NCBI GenBank assembly: GCA_937989945.1 | Contig: CALKIG010000141.1 | Span: 7,035-71,034 of the forward strand | Reading direction: 5' to 3' | DNA from: an uncultured Actinomycetes bacterium | Lineage (GTDB): Bacteria > Actinomycetota > Acidimicrobiia > Spongiisociales > ZC4RG35 | Length of the DNA: 64,000 nucleotides | The notes under the pieces: generated by a model | What the model was told of the DNA's origin: nothing | The model's input: the letters and a program-made list of their open reading frames with translations, nothing else | Database searches by the model: none | Made by a program: the position numbers and the translations under genes | Shown: positions 54,860-64,000 of the stretch, in pieces | Layout of the letters: each line of letters begins with the position of its first letter | Position numbering within the stretch: position 1 is the stretch's first letter

Positions 54860-55720
54860 ATGCGCTGGACCATTGGCCTTCTCTTGTTGCTAGCAGTGGC
54901 GTGCGACGGCACAGGCGCCACCACGACCAGCGCTCCAGCCACAACAACGACAACCGCTCCATCTACATCGACGACAACGAGTACGGCTACCCCAACCATC
55001 GGGTGCCCTCAGGACGCCGAGTTCGTCGCATCAGGCCAAATCGACCGTATCACTCAGCCAAGCTCCGACAGCAGGACGCTTGGCCTGGTCTCCCGTCAGG
55101 TCTTCGATGGATGCGAGCGATTCGGGTTCGATTTCGATACTGCCGAAGGGGCCCCGGCCACCACTCCCCCGTCGACAACAGCCCGATTCCTCGATGGCGA
55201 GAGGATCATCAGGATCACGCTCGAGATCGACAGCACCGTCATCACAGACCAACTCATCGAGACGCGCCTCGTCGATCGGATCTACGTCGTGAGGGGGTTG
55301 GATGGGGCGATGTTCGTCGACCTTCACCTACGCGAGAAGGCCAACGCCCGAATCGCTGTTTCAAACTCCCCAGCCCGCCTCACGCTCGAGTTGAATCCAG
55401 GAAGCGGTGACATAGGACCGCCACCCGCCTTGTCGGATAGGACGGTGCTGGTCGTCCCCCCCGATGAGGCCACTGTGGACGGCGAATTCGAGGTCGCCGG
55501 TTATGCACGGGTATTCGAGGCGAGCGTCCTGATAGTTGCGACCAGGGGCAACGAAGTGATCTTCTCGCAGGCAACGCCGGCGGCGGACTGGACGGAGACA
55601 TGGGGTGAGTTCGAAACGGAGGTCACGCTCGCACCGGGAGCAGTCAACCTATTCGTCGGAGAGCAATCGCCACAGGACGGCAGCCTTCAAGGCGTAACTC
55701 TCAACCTCACGATTCGATGA
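54860..55720 (+). CDS. putative lipoprotein with C-terminal Gmad2-like Ig domain
   Basis: Signal peptide plus lipobox MRWTIGLLLLLAVAC, then a Thr-rich linker. The C-terminal segment (GEFEVAGYARVFEASV....WGEFETEV) resembles my memory of the Gmad2 immunoglobulin-like domain. Confidence 0.7.
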   Translation: MRWTIGLLLLLAVACDGTGATTTSAPATTTTTAPSTSTTTSTATPTIGCPQDAEFVASGQIDRITQPSSDSRTLGLVSRQVFDGCERFGFDFDTAEGAPATTPPSTTARFLDGERIIRITLEIDSTVITDQLIETRLVDRIYVVRGLDGAMFVDLHLREKANARIAVSNSPARLTLELNPGSGDIGPPPALSDRTVLVVPPDEATVDGEFEVAGYARVFEASVLIVATRGNEVIFSQATPAADWTETWGEFETEVTLAPGAVNLFVGEQSPQDGSLQGVTLNLTIR

Positions 55721-56219
55721 GTCCCGGGATCACCTCGATCTCGACGTAGCCCGCAGCAAGGTCGACCGTGGGGACTAGCTCGGCTACGAAGGGGACCTCA
55801 TGAGACGCACCGGCGACGTCGACAACGAGCCGGTCCTGTGCTCCCCCCGTGATCAGCGATTTGATTGTTCCGATCCGCGAGCCGGAGACGTCACGGACCT
55901 CGATGCCAATCAGGTCTTCAGGCCAGTACTCGTCTTCTCTCAGGTCGCGCCGCTGAGTGGTATGGATGTCGCTACCGCGTATCTGCTCGGCGTGTTCTCG
56001 GGTGCTGATCCCAACGAACTTGACCTGATGGCCCTTGTCGGCGCGTCGGATTGCCTCGACGCTGTGCGGGCTCTCTTCCACCAGGACCGTGCGGCCCTCT
56101 TGAAAGTAGACCAGGTCCTCGTCGTCAACGTAGAGACCGAGATACCCGTCGAGACCGTGTGGTCGGCCGAGTCGCCCGATCAGATAGCGCGGATCAGTCG
56201 ATGAACTCGACTCCGACAC
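55707..56219 (-). CDS. rimM: 16S rRNA processing protein RimM
   Basis: 170 aa with LIGRLGRPHGLDGYL and a PRC barrel at the C-terminus. Start overlaps the KH-protein gene by 26 nt. Confidence 0.88.
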   Translation of the reverse strand: MSESSSSTDPRYLIGRLGRPHGLDGYLGLYVDDEDLVYFQEGRTVLVEESPHSVEAIRRADKGHQVKFVGISTREHAEQIRGSDIHTTQRRDLREDEYWPEDLIGIEVRDVSGSRIGTIKSLITGGAQDRLVVDVAGASHEVPFVAELVPTVDLAAGYVEIEVIPGLIES

Positions 56220-56445
56220 TTATCCCAACTTCTTCGCCTGCGGCTCCGGCAGCGGCGCGGATGGCCTTAGCCACACGACCACGTCGCCCGATCACGCGAC
56301 CCATGTCCGACTTGGCAGTGCGCACTTCAGCCACCACGTCGTCCGGGCCCTGTTCGACGATGGTCACCGAGACTTCCTCTGGCTCTTCGACGATGCTCTT
56401 CACTATGTAGTCGACAACTCGTTCGACTATGTCGGCTTTGGCCAT
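56194..56445 (-). CDS. KH domain RNA-binding protein (YlqC/UPF0109)
   Basis: 83 aa with GRVIGRRGRVAKAIR (GxxG KH loop). Conserved position between rpsP and rimM. Confidence 0.85.
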   Translation of the reverse strand: MAKADIVERVVDYIVKSIVEEPEEVSVTIVEQGPDDVVAEVRTAKSDMGRVIGRRGRVAKAIRAAAGAAGEEVGISVGVEFID

Positions 56446-56451
56446 TGGGAG

Positions 56452-56823
56452 CTACTCCTCCTCGCCGGATTCGTCGGACTCGACTTCTGCTTCCGCTTCG
56501 GCCGCGTCATCGGCGACCTCGTCGGCTGTCGGCGCGGCGCCGCCGACTGTGTGAATTTGGCCAGTCTTGATTTTCATTGTGTCCATGGCGCCCGAGATGT
56601 TCAGGAGCTTCTCGACGGCCTCGGTGGGCTGGGCGCCCTTGGCGAGCCAGGCAGTTGCTTTCTCGTTGTCTATCTCGACGACCGATGGGTCTTCGAGCGG
56701 TGCGTAACGGCCAATCTGCTCGATGTAACGCCCATCACGCGGGGCGCGACCGTCGATCACCACGACGCGGTACTGGGGCTGCTTCTTCTTGCCCATCCGC
56801 ATCAATCTCATCTTCACTGCCAT
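56452..56823 (-). CDS. rpsP: 30S ribosomal protein S16 with acidic C-terminal tail
   Basis: [40 protein letters not shown]. The ~35 aa tail ends in [15 protein letters not shown]. Confidence 0.95.
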   Translation of the reverse strand: MAVKMRLMRMGKKKQPQYRVVVIDGRAPRDGRYIEQIGRYAPLEDPSVVEIDNEKATAWLAKGAQPTEAVEKLLNISGAMDTMKIKTGQIHTVGGAAPTADEVADDAAEAEAEVESDESGEEE

Positions 56824-56827
56824 TTGG

Positions 56828-58162
56828 TCACCTCTTGGTTCGCTGGCCGCCCATGAGAGCGTCGAGGTTTGGCATCCCTCGTCCTCCGGCCAGCTGTTTC
56901 ATCATCTTCTTGGCGTCGGCGAACTGCTTGAGCAGGCGATTCACATCCTGGGGCTTCATGCCCGACCCGGACGCGATCCGCCGCTTTCGACTGCCGCCGA
57001 TGATCTTGGGGTTCCGGCGCTCCTCTGGAGTCATCGACTGAATGATGGCCTCGACCCTGCGTATCTCGCGATCGTCGACATCGACCTCGCGAAGGAGCGA
57101 CCCGGACCCGGGAAGCATAGCAAGGATGTCTTTCAGAGGCCCCATCCGCTTCATCTGCTGAAATTGGCTGAGGAAGTCTTCCAGGTTGAAATCGCCCTTT
57201 TCGAGCTTCCTGGCGGCCTTCTCAGCCTCCTTCTCATCAAAGGTCGACTCGGCCTTCTCGATCAGCGACATCACATCGCCCATCCCGAGGATCCGTGATG
57301 CCATGCGGTCCGGATAGAAAGGCTCCAGGTCGCCCAAGGACTCACCCACACCAGCGAACTTGACTGGTGCGCCAGTCACCTCGCGCACCGAAATGGCCGC
57401 TCCGCCTCTGGCGTCACCATCCAGCTTCGAAAGCACGATCCCGGTGATGCCGATCTGCTGCTGGAACCCGGTGGCCACATTGACTGCGTCCTGACCCGTC
57501 ATTGCGTCGACAACCAGAAGAACCTCATCGGGGTCGGCGGCCTTTGAGACGTCGCCGAGCTCTTTCATCAGCTGATCATCGATCTGGAGTCGACCTGCGG
57601 TGTCCACGATCACCACGTCGCGCCCCATTCTCGAGGCTTCCTTCATGGCGGTCTTCACCAGCTTCGCTGGCTTTCCCTTGCGATCGACCACTACGGGCAC
57701 GTCGACCCTGCCCGCAAGAGTCTCGAGCTGGTCGATGGCGGCCGGCCTCTGCAGGTCGGCGGCAACCAGGAGCGGCTTCTTCCCCTTGTTCTTGAGATGG
57801 AGTGCGAGCTTGCCCGCCGTGGTCGTCTTTCCCGAGCCCTGCAATCCAACCATGAGGATTGTCAGCGGTGGAGCAGCTTTGACGAGCTCCGCGGGCTCGC
57901 TCCCCAAGGTCGCAACAAGCTCTTCATTGACGATCTTGATGACCTGCTGCCCCGGCGTGAGGCTCTTCTTCACATCCTCGCCCAGAGCCCGCTCTTTGAC
58001 TCTTGCCAGGAAAGCCTTGACCACCCCGACGTTGACATCTGCTTCGAGCAGCGCAAGGCGAACATCGCGAAGTGCTGCGTCGATGTCTTTCTCTGATAGG
58101 CGACCCTTGCCGCGCAGAGCCGCAAAGGTCGATTCGAGTCGCTGGGTCAGGGTGTCGAACAT
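56828..58162 (-). CDS. ffh: signal recognition particle protein
   Basis: From [11 protein letters not shown] (ATG 58162). NG domain ([20 protein letters not shown]-type [11 protein letters not shown]) and a Met-rich M domain. Confidence 0.95.
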   Translation of the reverse strand: MFDTLTQRLESTFAALRGKGRLSEKDIDAALRDVRLALLEADVNVGVVKAFLARVKERALGEDVKKSLTPGQQVIKIVNEELVATLGSEPAELVKAAPPLTILMVGLQGSGKTTTAGKLALHLKNKGKKPLLVAADLQRPAAIDQLETLAGRVDVPVVVDRKGKPAKLVKTAMKEASRMGRDVVIVDTAGRLQIDDQLMKELGDVSKAADPDEVLLVVDAMTGQDAVNVATGFQQQIGITGIVLSKLDGDARGGAAISVREVTGAPVKFAGVGESLGDLEPFYPDRMASRILGMGDVMSLIEKAESTFDEKEAEKAARKLEKGDFNLEDFLSQFQQMKRMGPLKDILAMLPGSGSLLREVDVDDREIRRVEAIIQSMTPEERRNPKIIGGSRKRRIASGSGMKPQDVNRLLKQFADAKKMMKQLAGGRGMPNLDALMGGQRTKR

Positions 58163-58246
58163 GCTGTGTGGTCCGTGCAAACGCTACGCAGTTGACATGG
58201 ATAACGGAAGTGCACCGCACTCGCGGCCGCAACCTATCCTCATCAC

Positions 58247-60976
58247 ATGTCGCACAAAGTGCCCGAAGCGGACAACCGCGATGACGAGATCCTCCGATCC
58301 GACATCCGTCGGTTGGGCAACCAGTTGGGAGACACGCTGGTCCGTCAACACGGACAGCACCTTCTGGATCTGGTAGAGCAGGTCCGTGCCCTCGGCAAGT
58401 CGGCCCGTCGCGGCGGATCGGAGACAGCAGGAGACGACCTCGACAAGCTTCTGAGAGAGCTCGACCTGGACATGGTCATCCCCCTGGTCAGGGCGTTCAC
58501 CACATACTTCTATCTCGCCAACGTCGCAGAGCAGGTTCATCGAATCGAACAGCTCGCACCCGATGACCGATATCTGCACGCGACGGTGGACCGAATCCTC
58601 GATGCAGGCCTCGATCAGCAGCTGATCGACGAGATTGTCGGCCGACTTTCCGTGCGCCCGGTTTTCACGGCTCATCCCACCGAGGCAGCTCGTCGTTCGA
58701 TACTCACCAAGACCCGCGCCCTCGCCGATCTGATCGAAGACCGCCTGGACGCGACCGAAGTCGACGCCATAGGCATCGACACCAGGAGCGCAGAGCTGAT
58801 CGATCAGATTTGGCAGACCGATGAGCTTCGCCACGAGAAGCCGACCCCGGTCGAAGAGGCGAGGTCTGCGCTCTACTACCTCGTCCAGCTCGCGGACCAA
58901 GTGCTGCCTGAGCTGAACGAGAAGATTCACAGGGAGCTCCTTCGCCTGTCTCCGTCGCACTCGTCAGCGCCGCTGTCGTTCGGCACCTGGGTGGGGGGCG
59001 ACCGAGACGGCAATCCCGGGATAAGTCCGGGCATGACACTCGATGTGCTCGCCCAACAGCATGAGCGCGGCCTGCGGCAGTTGGTGGAAATGATCGAGCA
59101 ACTCGCTGAGGAACTGTCCGTGTCCGAACGACTGACAGACATCAGCTCCGAGCTGGAGAGGTCTCTTCGAAAGGATCGGGAGCTTCATCCTGCTGTGTGG
59201 GCCCGGGAGCACCGCCGAACGTCCCAGGAGCCCTACCGCCTCAAATGCTCTTACATCCACGGACGGTTGCTGGAGACAATCGAGCGGGTCAAGACGGGCT
59301 CCCCGCATCAACCCGGCGTCGACTACCCGAGCCCATCAGCCTTGCTCGACGACCTCCTGATCATGGACCGATCGCTGCGCCAATCCAAGGGCGACCTCAT
59401 CGCAGACGGCGCACTGGGACGAGTGATACGGGTGGTCAGGTCGATCGGGTTCCAACTGGCGACCATGGATATCAGGGAGCATGCCGCCTTGCACAAAGCG
59501 GCGTTGACCGAGCTATTCGAGAGAGTCGGCGTCGACTACGAGTCCGCCGACGAGGCCGGCAAGGCTGCGATCCTCGATTCGGAGATCAACAATCCCCGGC
59601 CCCTCGCCGGGAAGACGACGGTTCTCTCCGAGGGCACGGACCGGACCCTCGAGACATTCGACGCCATTCGGAAGGCCCAGGAGCGTTACGGCCGCCAGAT
59701 CATCGAGTCGTACGTCATCTCGATGACCGAATCACCATCGGACGTGCTTGCCGCGGCTGTCCTCGCCAAAGAAGCGGGCCTGCTGGATATGGCAGGTGGC
59801 GAAGCGCGCATCGGCATCGTGCCTCTGGTGGAGACGATCGATGATCTGCGCAATTCGGGCAATCTCCTCGAACAGCTCCTCGAAAACGACACTTACCGCA
59901 CGCTCGTGCGCCTCAACGGCGACAGCCAGCAGGTGATGCTCGGATACTCCGACTCCAACAAGGTTGGCGGAATCACCACGTCGCAATGGGAGATCTACAA
60001 GGCGCAGCGAGTGATGCGCAACATCGCACAGCGACACGGGGTGCGCCTCACTCTCTTCCACGGTCGGGGCGGGACGATCGGGCGTGGTGGCGGCCCCACG
60101 CACGCAGCGATCCTGGCCCAGCCCTTCGGCACGGTCGACGGGACCATCAAGGTCACCGAGCAGGGCGAGGTGATCTCGGACAAGTACGGCCATCCCGACA
60201 TCGCCTCGAGGAACCTGGAGCTGACCGTCGCCTCGGTGCTCGAGTCTTCGCTCCTCCATCGTCAGTCACGCAAGCCGAAAGACGTGCTCGATCGCTGGAC
60301 GGAGGCCATGGAGTGCTTCTCGGAGTCGGCATACTCCGCGTATCGAAACCTCGTTGAGTCAGATGGTTTGGTCAAGTACTTCCTCACCTCGACTCCCGTC
60401 GAAGAGTTGGGGCGCCTCAACCTGGGAAGCCGGCCATCACGTCGTCCCGGGGGCCTCGGCGGCATCGAAGACTTGCGTGCGATTCCGTGGGTCTTCGGTT
60501 GGACCCAGAGCCGCCAGATCGTCCCGGGCTGGTACGGCGTCGGAAGCGGGCTACGCGCTGCCCGCAAGGCAGGATACGAAGAGGTGCTCGACGAAATGGC
60601 CCTGGAGTGGAGTTTCTTCCAGACATTCCTCTCCAACGTGGAAATGACCCTCGCCAAGACCGATCTCGACATCGCCGATCGTTACGTCGACGCTCTGGTG
60701 CCTGCAGAGCACCGATCGATTCTCGACCGCCTTCGTGAAGAGGCATCCCTTGCGACCGAGGAAGTCATGACGCTCACGGAACAATCCGAGCTACTCGAGT
60801 CGATGCCGCTGCTTCAGAGGACGTTCAACGTTCGCGACATCTATCTCGACCCGATCAACTACCTCCAGGTGTCGCTGCTGGGCCGATCCCGATCGGGCGA
60901 GGAGAGCCCGCTTCTGGACCGTGGCCTGCTGCTCACGATCAACGGAATCGCGGCCGGGCTGAGAAACACCGGCTAG
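58247..60976 (+). CDS. ppc: phosphoenolpyruvate carboxylase
   Basis: 909 aa: VFTAHPTE, GYSDSNK.GG, FHGRGG..GRGGGP, C-terminal GIAAGLRNTG. Confidence 0.95.
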   Translation: MSHKVPEADNRDDEILRSDIRRLGNQLGDTLVRQHGQHLLDLVEQVRALGKSARRGGSETAGDDLDKLLRELDLDMVIPLVRAFTTYFYLANVAEQVHRIEQLAPDDRYLHATVDRILDAGLDQQLIDEIVGRLSVRPVFTAHPTEAARRSILTKTRALADLIEDRLDATEVDAIGIDTRSAELIDQIWQTDELRHEKPTPVEEARSALYYLVQLADQVLPELNEKIHRELLRLSPSHSSAPLSFGTWVGGDRDGNPGISPGMTLDVLAQQHERGLRQLVEMIEQLAEELSVSERLTDISSELERSLRKDRELHPAVWAREHRRTSQEPYRLKCSYIHGRLLETIERVKTGSPHQPGVDYPSPSALLDDLLIMDRSLRQSKGDLIADGALGRVIRVVRSIGFQLATMDIREHAALHKAALTELFERVGVDYESADEAGKAAILDSEINNPRPLAGKTTVLSEGTDRTLETFDAIRKAQERYGRQIIESYVISMTESPSDVLAAAVLAKEAGLLDMAGGEARIGIVPLVETIDDLRNSGNLLEQLLENDTYRTLVRLNGDSQQVMLGYSDSNKVGGITTSQWEIYKAQRVMRNIAQRHGVRLTLFHGRGGTIGRGGGPTHAAILAQPFGTVDGTIKVTEQGEVISDKYGHPDIASRNLELTVASVLESSLLHRQSRKPKDVLDRWTEAMECFSESAYSAYRNLVESDGLVKYFLTSTPVEELGRLNLGSRPSRRPGGLGGIEDLRAIPWVFGWTQSRQIVPGWYGVGSGLRAARKAGYEEVLDEMALEWSFFQTFLSNVEMTLAKTDLDIADRYVDALVPAEHRSILDRLREEASLATEEVMTLTEQSELLESMPLLQRTFNVRDIYLDPINYLQVSLLGRSRSGEESPLLDRGLLLTINGIAAGLRNTG

Positions 60977-60984
60977 ACGCTCGC

Positions 60985-61009
60985 CGGTCAGGCAGGCCTC
61001 GCCTGACCG
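60985..61009. terminator. bidirectional terminator-like hairpin between convergent ppc and rarA
   Basis: CGGTCAGGC-AGGCCTC-GCCTGACCG, a perfect 9 bp stem. No clear U-tract (I-shaped type). Confidence 0.45.
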
Positions 61010-61014
61010 TCTGC

Positions 61015-62349
61015 TCAGCTACTCCGCTTGCGGTCGAAGATCTCGTCGAGCCAGGCAAGCCGCTCTTTGAACCCGGACTCCCGGCCCTGGTCGGTTGGCT
61101 CATAGATCGACGTCGGCTCGATCCCGTCGGGGAAGTACTGCTGGGCAACCACGTGCTGATCGTGATCGTGCGAGTACTCGTAGTCGACGCCATGGCCGAG
61201 CTTCTCCGCCCCGCGGTACCCGGTCCCCCGCAGGTGAAGCGGGACAGATGGCGCCGGACCGTCCTCGATCAGCCGCTTGACCGATCCCATGGCGCGTTTG
61301 ATGGAGTCGGATTTGGGAGCCAGGGCGCAATAGATCGTGGCCTGAGTGAGATGGAACTCCGCTTCAGGCAGACCGACGTAGGCGAGAGCCTGGCCGGCGG
61401 CGGTGGCCTGGAGTAGAGCATTCGGGTCGGCGAGCCCGATGTCCTCGGCTGCCAGGACGATCAGCCGTCGGGCGATGAACTCCGGGTCCTCCCCCGCACC
61501 CAACATCAGATGGAGCCAGTAGAGAGAAGCATCCACGTCTGAGCCCCGCACACTCTTGATGAACGCCGAGATCACGTCGTAGTGCTGGTCGCCCTTCTTG
61601 TCGTAGCGGACGATCCGCCTCTGCAACGCCTCCTCGACGTCCACGGTCTCGATGTCGCCCGACTCCCGCCCGGTGGCCAGGGTCGCCGCCACTTCGAGTG
61701 TGTTCAATGTGTGCCTGGCATCGCCACCCACCCGGTTGACCAGGAACTCGAGCACCTCGTCCGACATCGACAGGGCTTCGGACCCAAGGCCTCTCTCCCC
61801 GTCGGCCAAGGCCCGTCGAACGACCTCGGCAACGTCCTCCGTGCTGAGCGACTCGGTGCGGAAGAGAGTCATCCGACTCATCAGCGGGCTGTTCACTTCG
61901 AAGTAGGGATTCTCGGTGGTGGCACCGATGAGGACGATGACCCCATCCTCCACGCCAGGGAGGAGGGCATCCTGCTGGCTCTTCGAGAACCGGTGGATCT
62001 CGTCGATGAAGAGCACTGTCTTCCGCTCCTCGGTGGCGAGCCTCTCTCTCGCTCCGGCGAGGACCTCTCTCACGTCCTTCACTCCAGCGCTGGTCGCCGA
62101 GAGGGTGACAAACTCGGCATCCGCGTACCTGGCGATCAGCCGAGCCAATGTCGTCTTCCCCGTTCCGGGTGGACCCCAGAGCAACATCGAGACAGGCCTC
62201 CCCGACTCCACTACGCGCCGGAAGGCCGCACCTTGTTTGAGCAGGGGCTCCTGGCCAACGACTTCGTCGAGAGTGCGAGGCCGCATTCGCGCCGCAAGTG
62301 GGGCGGACCTGGCGATGATCTCGTCAGCCCGGTTGGAGAACAAATCCAT
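61015..62349 (-). CDS. rarA: replication-associated recombination protein A (AAA+ ATPase)
   Basis: 444 aa with Walker A WGPPGTGKTTLA, Walker B LFIDEIHRF, and the C-terminal MgsA domain. Confidence 0.92.
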   Translation of the reverse strand: MDLFSNRADEIIARSAPLAARMRPRTLDEVVGQEPLLKQGAAFRRVVESGRPVSMLLWGPPGTGKTTLARLIARYADAEFVTLSATSAGVKDVREVLAGARERLATEERKTVLFIDEIHRFSKSQQDALLPGVEDGVIVLIGATTENPYFEVNSPLMSRMTLFRTESLSTEDVAEVVRRALADGERGLGSEALSMSDEVLEFLVNRVGGDARHTLNTLEVAATLATGRESGDIETVDVEEALQRRIVRYDKKGDQHYDVISAFIKSVRGSDVDASLYWLHLMLGAGEDPEFIARRLIVLAAEDIGLADPNALLQATAAGQALAYVGLPEAEFHLTQATIYCALAPKSDSIKRAMGSVKRLIEDGPAPSVPLHLRGTGYRGAEKLGHGVDYEYSHDHDQHVVAQQYFPDGIEPTSIYEPTDQGRESGFKERLAWLDEIFDRKRSS

Positions 62350-62394
62350 CGATGCCAGGGTACGCAGTTCGAGCTACCAAGCTACGCTCTCGCC

Positions 62395-63444
62395 GTGATA
62401 CCCAGATGGGCCCGAGGATCAGTGGCTTTGGTGGCCCTAATAGCCCTCGTTTCGGCTTGTTCGGGCGACTCGTCGGGTGGAACCACCACCACGAACGTCC
62501 CGCCAGAGACCACTTCGACATCGATCCCGGACTCGACCACTACCACCTCACCCGGAACGGACTGGGAGAGGCCCCCTATCTGTGACTGCGAGCCGGAAGT
62601 CGTAGCTTCGATCCCCGTGGGCGAGAGCGGGGTCACCTATCTCCACCTGGACACACCAGAAGCTCAACCCGTGGGTCCCGGGGCCCTTGCTATCGACGAC
62701 CGGGGCAGATTCGTAGTCCTCGATACCGGCGGGCTGGGCATCGTTGTAGCCACGGAGGCGGGCGTGGAGAAGATGACGCTGGAATGGGATCGTATCCAGT
62801 CGCTCATCGACATCGTCATCGTCGACGACGGCTATCTCATCCTGGAGCTGCCATTCGGATCCGATCAAGCTCGCATAGTTGAGGTGGCTGCGGACGCGAC
62901 GATCGGCAACCTCTACGACCTGCCCCAAGGCCTCTGGCTCGGGGACGGTCTGACGGGCTTCCGGCTCGGGCCCAACGATGAGACGTGGATCGAGCTGGAG
63001 CTCGGAAACCGCGTGGCAGACATCGATCTCTCGACACTCGAGTTCGCCATAACCGAGGGATTCCCGTATCCAGACGGGCTCTACGTGATCAAGACATGGA
63101 TGGAACCGACCACGCTCTTCCAGGCAGGGGACACAACCGTCGAGATCGAGAACCAGTCGGGCGGGGTCATGACCAGCTACATGATCGGCAAGAACCCGGA
63201 CGGGTCATTTGTGCTGGGCGCCAATGAGCTCACCGAAGACTCCGAAGGCCTCCACGTCACTGATCACGCCCTGTGGTTCGATGCCGAAGGAAACCTCCTG
63301 GCCAGGGTCGACATACCGGTCGGTGACCAGCTGATCTATGTGCAGCACCCAACGGTTCTCGGCGCCGATGGGAACCTCTATTACCTGTTGACCACCCGCG
63401 ACGATGTCCAGGTGCTGAAGCTCGGCTGGCAGTCAGCCGGCTGA
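62395..63444 (+). CDS. hypothetical lipoprotein
   Basis: GTG 62395 gives (M)IPRWARGSVALVALIALVSAC (lipobox), then a Thr/Ser-rich linker and a ~300 aa domain of unknown family. The upstream part of ORF 61582..63444 is antisense to rarA. Confidence 0.6.
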   Translation: MIPRWARGSVALVALIALVSACSGDSSGGTTTTNVPPETTSTSIPDSTTTTSPGTDWERPPICDCEPEVVASIPVGESGVTYLHLDTPEAQPVGPGALAIDDRGRFVVLDTGGLGIVVATEAGVEKMTLEWDRIQSLIDIVIVDDGYLILELPFGSDQARIVEVAADATIGNLYDLPQGLWLGDGLTGFRLGPNDETWIELELGNRVADIDLSTLEFAITEGFPYPDGLYVIKTWMEPTTLFQAGDTTVEIENQSGGVMTSYMIGKNPDGSFVLGANELTEDSEGLHVTDHALWFDAEGNLLARVDIPVGDQLIYVQHPTVLGADGNLYYLLTTRDDVQVLKLGWQSAG

Positions 63445-63453
63445 CCCGACTCG

Positions 63454-63948
63454 TCAGTCCTCGGGCACGAACCACTGGTCGGGAGGAAGATCGCCTGCTG
63501 CCTCCTTGCTTGCCTCCACCAGCTTGGCGCTCGACCAGGAACGCCACTTGTGCGGGGTTATCTCCACCGCCACATCATCGAACTCGCCCCACGCCTCACC
63601 GACGGTCCCGACCGCCTCGTCGGTGAGATTCTTCTCCCTCACCATCCGGTTGATCTTCTCGGCCTCCTCACCCTCGATGATCCGGGCGGTTCCCTCGGCC
63701 ATGGCCATGAATCCGGGGGGATCGATTGCGAAAGATGCCGTCGGGTTGTTCCGGATGTTTCTGACCTTCTTCGTCATCGAAGCAGTCTCGAAGTAGAAGC
63801 GGTCGTTGTGCCAGAGGAAGATCACGAAAGCGAGATGGATACTCCCATCCGGGTTGAGAGTGCCGACTACCGCGTTGATCGGCCTCTGGAGTTGCTCGGT
63901 TATCGCATCCGGTGGGGGCTTGGCGAGGTAGACCTCCGAGGCGTCCAT
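63454..63948 (-). CDS. pyridoxamine 5'-phosphate oxidase (PPOX) family protein
   Basis: ATG 63948 preceded by GGAGAGGAG. VGTLNPDGSIHLAFV...FYFETASMTKKVRNIRNNP is typical of the PPOX split-barrel family. Confidence 0.7.
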   Translation of the reverse strand: MDASEVYLAKPPPDAITEQLQRPINAVVGTLNPDGSIHLAFVIFLWHNDRFYFETASMTKKVRNIRNNPTASFAIDPPGFMAMAEGTARIIEGEEAEKINRMVREKNLTDEAVGTVGEAWGEFDDVAVEITPHKWRSWSSAKLVEASKEAAGDLPPDQWFVPED

Positions 63949-64000
63949 TTGCTGCTCCTCTCCGTGTCGCCCATTCAAACTACAACGATCGGGCTTGCGG

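Noticed and set aside
54802-54999. Poly-Val N-terminal extension of the thiolase ORF (MVGVAVLVVVDVDGAVVVVV...)
   Set aside because: It is the reverse complement of the Thr-rich (ACC/ACG) linker of the + strand lipoprotein gene. The thiolase has a strong AAGGAG-GTG start at 54801.
61582-62394. Upstream 270 codons of the 620 aa + strand ORF
   Set aside because: Antisense to rarA. The real gene is the lipoprotein that starts at GTG 62395 with a signal peptide and lipobox.
1-64000. Search for CRISPR arrays, rRNA/tRNA genes, transposases and toxin-antitoxin or defence cassettes
   Set aside because: Nearly every base is accounted for by the listed CDSs. The few intergenic regions over 80 nt hold hairpins or promoter-like elements, not spaced direct repeats or cloverleaf-like sequences. 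None of the ORFs resembles nucleases, helicases or methyltransferases typical of defence islands. This was a by-eye scan only; tRNAscan, Infernal and PADLOC-type tools would be needed to be definitive.

Overview
This is a GC-rich chromosomal window, gene-dense (about 70 CDS), with clear actinobacterial-type synteny; an Acidimicrobiia-like lineage is my inference only. It is mostly core housekeeping DNA.

- **Left third (0.4-22.6 kb):** valS, then a compact, translationally coupled histidine operon (hisG-C-B-H-F-[A-IE fusion]-D). After that come a fused isobutyryl-CoA mutase (icmF) with a divergent MarR regulator, small metabolic genes, an imuA'-imuB mutasome pair and an Fpg/Nei glycosylase.
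- **22.7-58.2 kb:** almost entirely minus-strand. It reproduces the conserved actinobacterial block pnp-rpsO-ribF-truB-nrnA-rbfA-infB-nusA-rimP-proS-ispG-rseP-dxr-cdsA-frr-pyrH-tsf-rpsB-(sigma WhiG/FliA)-xerC-dprA-comM...yraN-DUF2469-lepB-rplS-trmD...rimM-KH-rpsP-ffh. Two small accessory insertions interrupt it.
- **Right end:** ppc, rarA, a lipoprotein and a PPOX-family gene.

I found no rRNA, tRNA, CRISPR array, transposase or prophage signature by eye. I also found no convincing multi-gene novel (for example defence) system.

The leads most worth a second look are:
1. A candidate leaderless His-His-His leader peptide with a terminator/antiterminator attenuator in front of hisG.
2. A trifunctional HisA-HisI-HisE fusion whose HisA half looks like the eukaryotic His6 type.
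3. An Arg/Gly/Asn/Asp-rich disordered C-terminal tail on PNPase, with acidic tails on NusA, IF-2, S16 and CdsA.
4. A perfect LexA box sitting in the spacer of the imuA'-imuB promoter.
5. lepB, whose conserved-looking N-terminus has no canonical start codon but has a CTG overlapping the rplS stop.
6. Structured leaders upstream of pnp and rimP-nusA-infB.

All calls rest on manual reading of the ORF translations and the DNA. No database search or folding program was run.
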